From NCBI GenBank assembly GCA_028534125.1, contig CM052818.1, positions 34,350,001 to 34,410,000 of the forward strand: a stretch of 60,000 nucleotides of DNA, read 5' to 3'. The translations under genes were made by a program, and so were the position numbers. Numbering within the stretch: the first letter of the stretch is position 1; every line of letters starts with the position of its first letter. Positions 56,322 through 60,000 of this stretch are shown here, one piece after another. This stretch comes from Lama glama. Lineage: Eukaryota. The notes below the pieces were generated by a model. The model saw nothing but the letters and a program-made list of their open reading frames with translations, was not told the DNA's origin and ran no database searches.

Positions 56322-59300
56322 TGAATTCGCATGATTTGGGCATAGGCTTGGTGCCCTCAGAGAGTGCAATGTCGCCCTCTTGCAAAGGTCATAGACCTTC
56401 TGCCTCCTCCCTTCCACGTTAGCCAGGCCAGGTGAGGGCAGGCTCTGAGAGGGCAGCTGAACTCCCCTGTGGGGCATGCCACAGAGCAGGGCATGGTTTC
56501 TAGGAGCCTGAGCCCTGCCTCAGGGCTCTTTCCACCCTGCTTGAGTGTTAAGAGAGGGAGGTGTGAGCCCAAACACTCTTAGTAGCGGGTGGTGCTGGAA
56601 GGCAGCTTAACCCTGGGGATGGGTCTGGACTCAGTGAGGTGTGGGATGATGTTTGGAAATGATCATCAGGGGAGTCACTCACTTTTCCAGAGCATTCCTT
56701 TGGTCCCACAGCTCAGGATGCATCCTGATTTATGAGGCGCAGGATTCCAGCAGCTCTGAGAAGGTTCTGGTTTCTGCCCTGCTTGAGCTCCGAGGAGACG
56801 CGGAAGGGAGGGGCTTGCGCTGGAATGTTAGGAATTAGGAGCCTGTGGTAGGACTGAAGCAGGCACCCACTGGAGGATGGAGGATGCTTCCACCTGCCTT
56901 TAGCTACAGACCCTTGGGCAAAAGGAGGCAGAGCCCCAAGGCCTGCGGGAAGCAGTCTTCAGAGCAGATAGGCTCTCTGGACGGGCAGCAACTCCCCCAC
57001 CGGTCCTCTGCATGGCCGGGTGCTTTTGCTTGGAGACTGAGCTTTTCTTTCACAAAGCACAGCAGTGTTCCTTGGAGCCACAGAGAAGACGTGTGTGCTG
57101 TGAGTTTGCTTCCATTTAACAAGGAGAAGATTGAGGCCTTTGGTGAAGAGAAGCTAAGTGCATCCAGGTCTCACAGCCAGAAAGTGGTGGAGCCAGGCTC
57201 TACCCTGACGTCTTCTGATTTTAAGTTCAGTCTCTTCCCAGGAGCAGGGACGGCCTCACAGAGCCCTCCATTAGTACTGACTGTATAAATTGGGGCATGT
57301 TTCCCAAAGCTCAGTTTTCTCAGAAATAAAGCAGATATAATCAAGAATGCACTGGAGCCGGGTAGTTCCACCTCCTGAGAGCCAACTGTATGTATTTCTT
57401 TCCAGTTCTGTATTCAGTCACCTGAGGCTGGTTAACTTGAAATGGGCCATGGCGGAGTACTTTTACCACAGGAATGAGTAGGCCTACAGGTCAGGGCTTT
57501 TCTCTGCGGAGGTCTTGTTCTTAAGAATCTACCAGAACATCACTGGGGATAGTTCTCACCCTACAGGACAGAAGAGTGAATCAGATAAATTATGTCAAGT
57601 TCTTGCCACAGCGTCTGGATTGGAGCAAATACTCACAAGTGATTAGCAATGGGAAATGTTTTACTTTCTCGTCCTTATGTTTTGTCCCTTTATTCACTCA
57701 GGAAAGTAATTTGGGCAAGAATCACTTTCTTCTCAGAGAGATGAAGACATTGAGGCCCCGAAGGGCTAGGTGATTGAGCACAGAGATGGTGAGAGGTGAG
57801 CCCAGATTTAAGCCCAGATATTTGTGTTCCTCACCTGGGGCCCTGGCCACTACCCTTGGCTGTTTTCCAGAGCCGAATGATTTAAGGTCTCAGAAATCTG
57901 GGAATGCTAGAGTCAGAAGAAATGTTAGAGATCATCTGTTGGCAGTTCAAGTCCCTCGTGTCACAGATGAGGAAACGAAGGCCCGGAGAGAGAAGGGCCT
58001 ACCCAAGTCACTCCACCAGTCACGTCCCAGCTGGAACGGGGATCCCAGGCCTCTTGATTCCCCATCTACGTCTCTCTCCACTGGACCAAAAACTGCCTTT
58101 AGATCCCTGAACTGGGGTGGGATTATCCTACCCAGAGAGCATGGCTGATGCGCCGGATGAAGGGGGAGGGATGGCTCCTAGGAAGACCACCTTGTGTTCC
58201 TTCCGGGGAGAGGGGATGTTAAAATAATGTTATCTCTTCTGCCTACACCAGCAAGTTATGTGAAACTGTCCTGTACGTGCTGAAGTACTGAGAAATATAA
58301 GTCAGTGACATTTTGTCAATCAGCAAAACTTTAGGAGCCAGAGGCTCCCACAGGCAGACTTTTGAGCCTCTGATGGGCCAGAGCTGCACCCAGCTCCATT
58401 ATCTCCATGGCCCTGCTCATTCCCTTGCTCCTCCTTCAATCTCTTCCTCCATCCCTCCCTCCCCTCCTTTCATTTAACAACTATTCACAGATTTCTAGCC
58501 TTCTGCCAGGACCCCACTTGGTGCTAGGGAAGCAAAGATAAATAAGGCAAAGCTTTACCCTAAAGAATTTCACAGAAGAGAAAGAGGAAACAAACATGAG
58601 AAAGCCCCAGCAGGAATCTGTCCAGGGGCCAGAGGGGCTCAAGGGGCACTGTGATGGTCAGTTGGGCGTGTGTGTGTGTGTTGGGGTGCAGGCGGTGGAG
58701 AGAAGGGCTGTTTCTTTGCAAAAGAAGCAGCTTCAGTAGCACTGAGGAGGTGTGAAATAGCCTGGAGTGTTCTGGAAATTGCAAACGTGGGCTTGGGTTT
58801 AAAGCCTTCGTTTTGGCCTGGAGTCACGCCCAGTTTGGAAGCCTGGCTGTGCTGTGCATGATCTGTGTCAGCCTAGGCAACTTTCCTCATTTGGAAAATG
58901 GGATGATAATTTTTACCTCCCAGGATCATTGTGAGAATTCACTGAGATCATTTATTGAGCAAAATATATTCTGGGCACCTACTACGTGCCAGACACTCTT
59001 CCGGGCATGAGAAGCCACAGTGAATAGGCTCCCTGCCCTTGTGGAGCCTAAATTCTAGTGGAAGCGGATGGACAATGAGCACATCCAAACAGCCTGGTGT
59101 CAAGTCCCTGTAAGCGATGGAAAACAATAAAGCCAGTGTTTGGGTGGTTCCCCGGGCGCAGTCTCTGAGATGAGGATTTGTTAACGGCGTGGTCCCAGGG
59201 AGAGCGGTGGGGTGAGGAGCGGACAGGAAAGCGAGCAGGCCAAGTTGGACACAGGCGAAGTCCCGCAGAGGGCAGCCTCAGCCTGATGCCGCGGGGCCTC

Positions 59301-60000
59301 TGGAGTGTAAGCTGTGCTCGGGGTGGGGGGTGGGGTCTCAGTCTAGATGAGGGAGAGATTCCCTTAGTACATGTTAGTATCATGCCTGGTGCGCTTGTTA
59401 GCCATCAAATGAATGCCCCCGTAGCCTAGTCAGTCACTGTCTCTGTACCGCCACCCCTGCCCCTTGCCCCCGTGTGACTCTGTGATCCAGAACAACCTGT
59501 AGCTTCCCCGAACCCTCCACGTCTTCTCATGCCTGGGTACCTCGGGCCGTGCTGTTCCCTGCTGGAATACAGCCTCTCCACTGGAAAATTCTCCCTGGAA
59601 ATTCTCAATCATTCTTCAAGTCTCAGCACAAATGCTGCCTCTATGTCTGTGAAGCCTCTCCCAGGCCACCCTGGGGGCTTTCTTCTGCATAACCTCTGGA
59701 TTGGCGAGGCAATAATATTGCTTTAAAATTGCCTGTTCATAAGCCTGTCTGCCCACTAGGATGGGAACTCCCTGATGACTGCAGACAGGTTTTTTGTTTT
59801 GTTTTTCAGCTCTGGGTTTCAGGAAACATTTGCTAAATAAATAAATGGCTCCATCACTTAGGAGACTTGTGCCTTTTGGTGAGTCAAATAATCTCCCTGA
59901 GCCTCAGCTTCCCCATCCGTAATTATAGCTACATCTAAATCATAGTGATTTTAGGAGGCCAGATGAGGTAATGAATGTAAACTCTTATGTACTATCCAGA

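Overview
This is mammalian genomic DNA carrying the two-exon KCNK3 (TASK-1, K2P3.1) two-pore potassium channel gene on the minus strand. Exon 1 CDS is 36348-36066, followed by a ~32.8 kb GT-AG intron that splits the first selectivity filter (TIG|YG). Exon 2 CDS is 3239-2308, giving a 404-aa protein, and a long 3'UTR runs towards position 1. A CpG-island promoter lies at ~36400-36750, followed by ~23 kb of upstream DNA with no recognisable gene. The rest is ancient repeats (MIR, L2, L3/CR1, L1, MLT LTRs, hAT MERs) plus one tRNA-Ala-derived SINE, which suggests a camelid genome. I see no evidence for a new multi-gene system. The most interesting unexplained features are in the KCNK3 leader and regulatory DNA: a 32-codon uORF whose stop overlaps the main start (AUGA), a GGC repeat in that frame, and a -1 frame open for 534 codons across the splice junction. 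There is also a perfect CArG box, a divergent REST half-site pair, and candidate MEF2 and homeodomain enhancers. Repeat subfamily names and boundaries are by eye and approximate.
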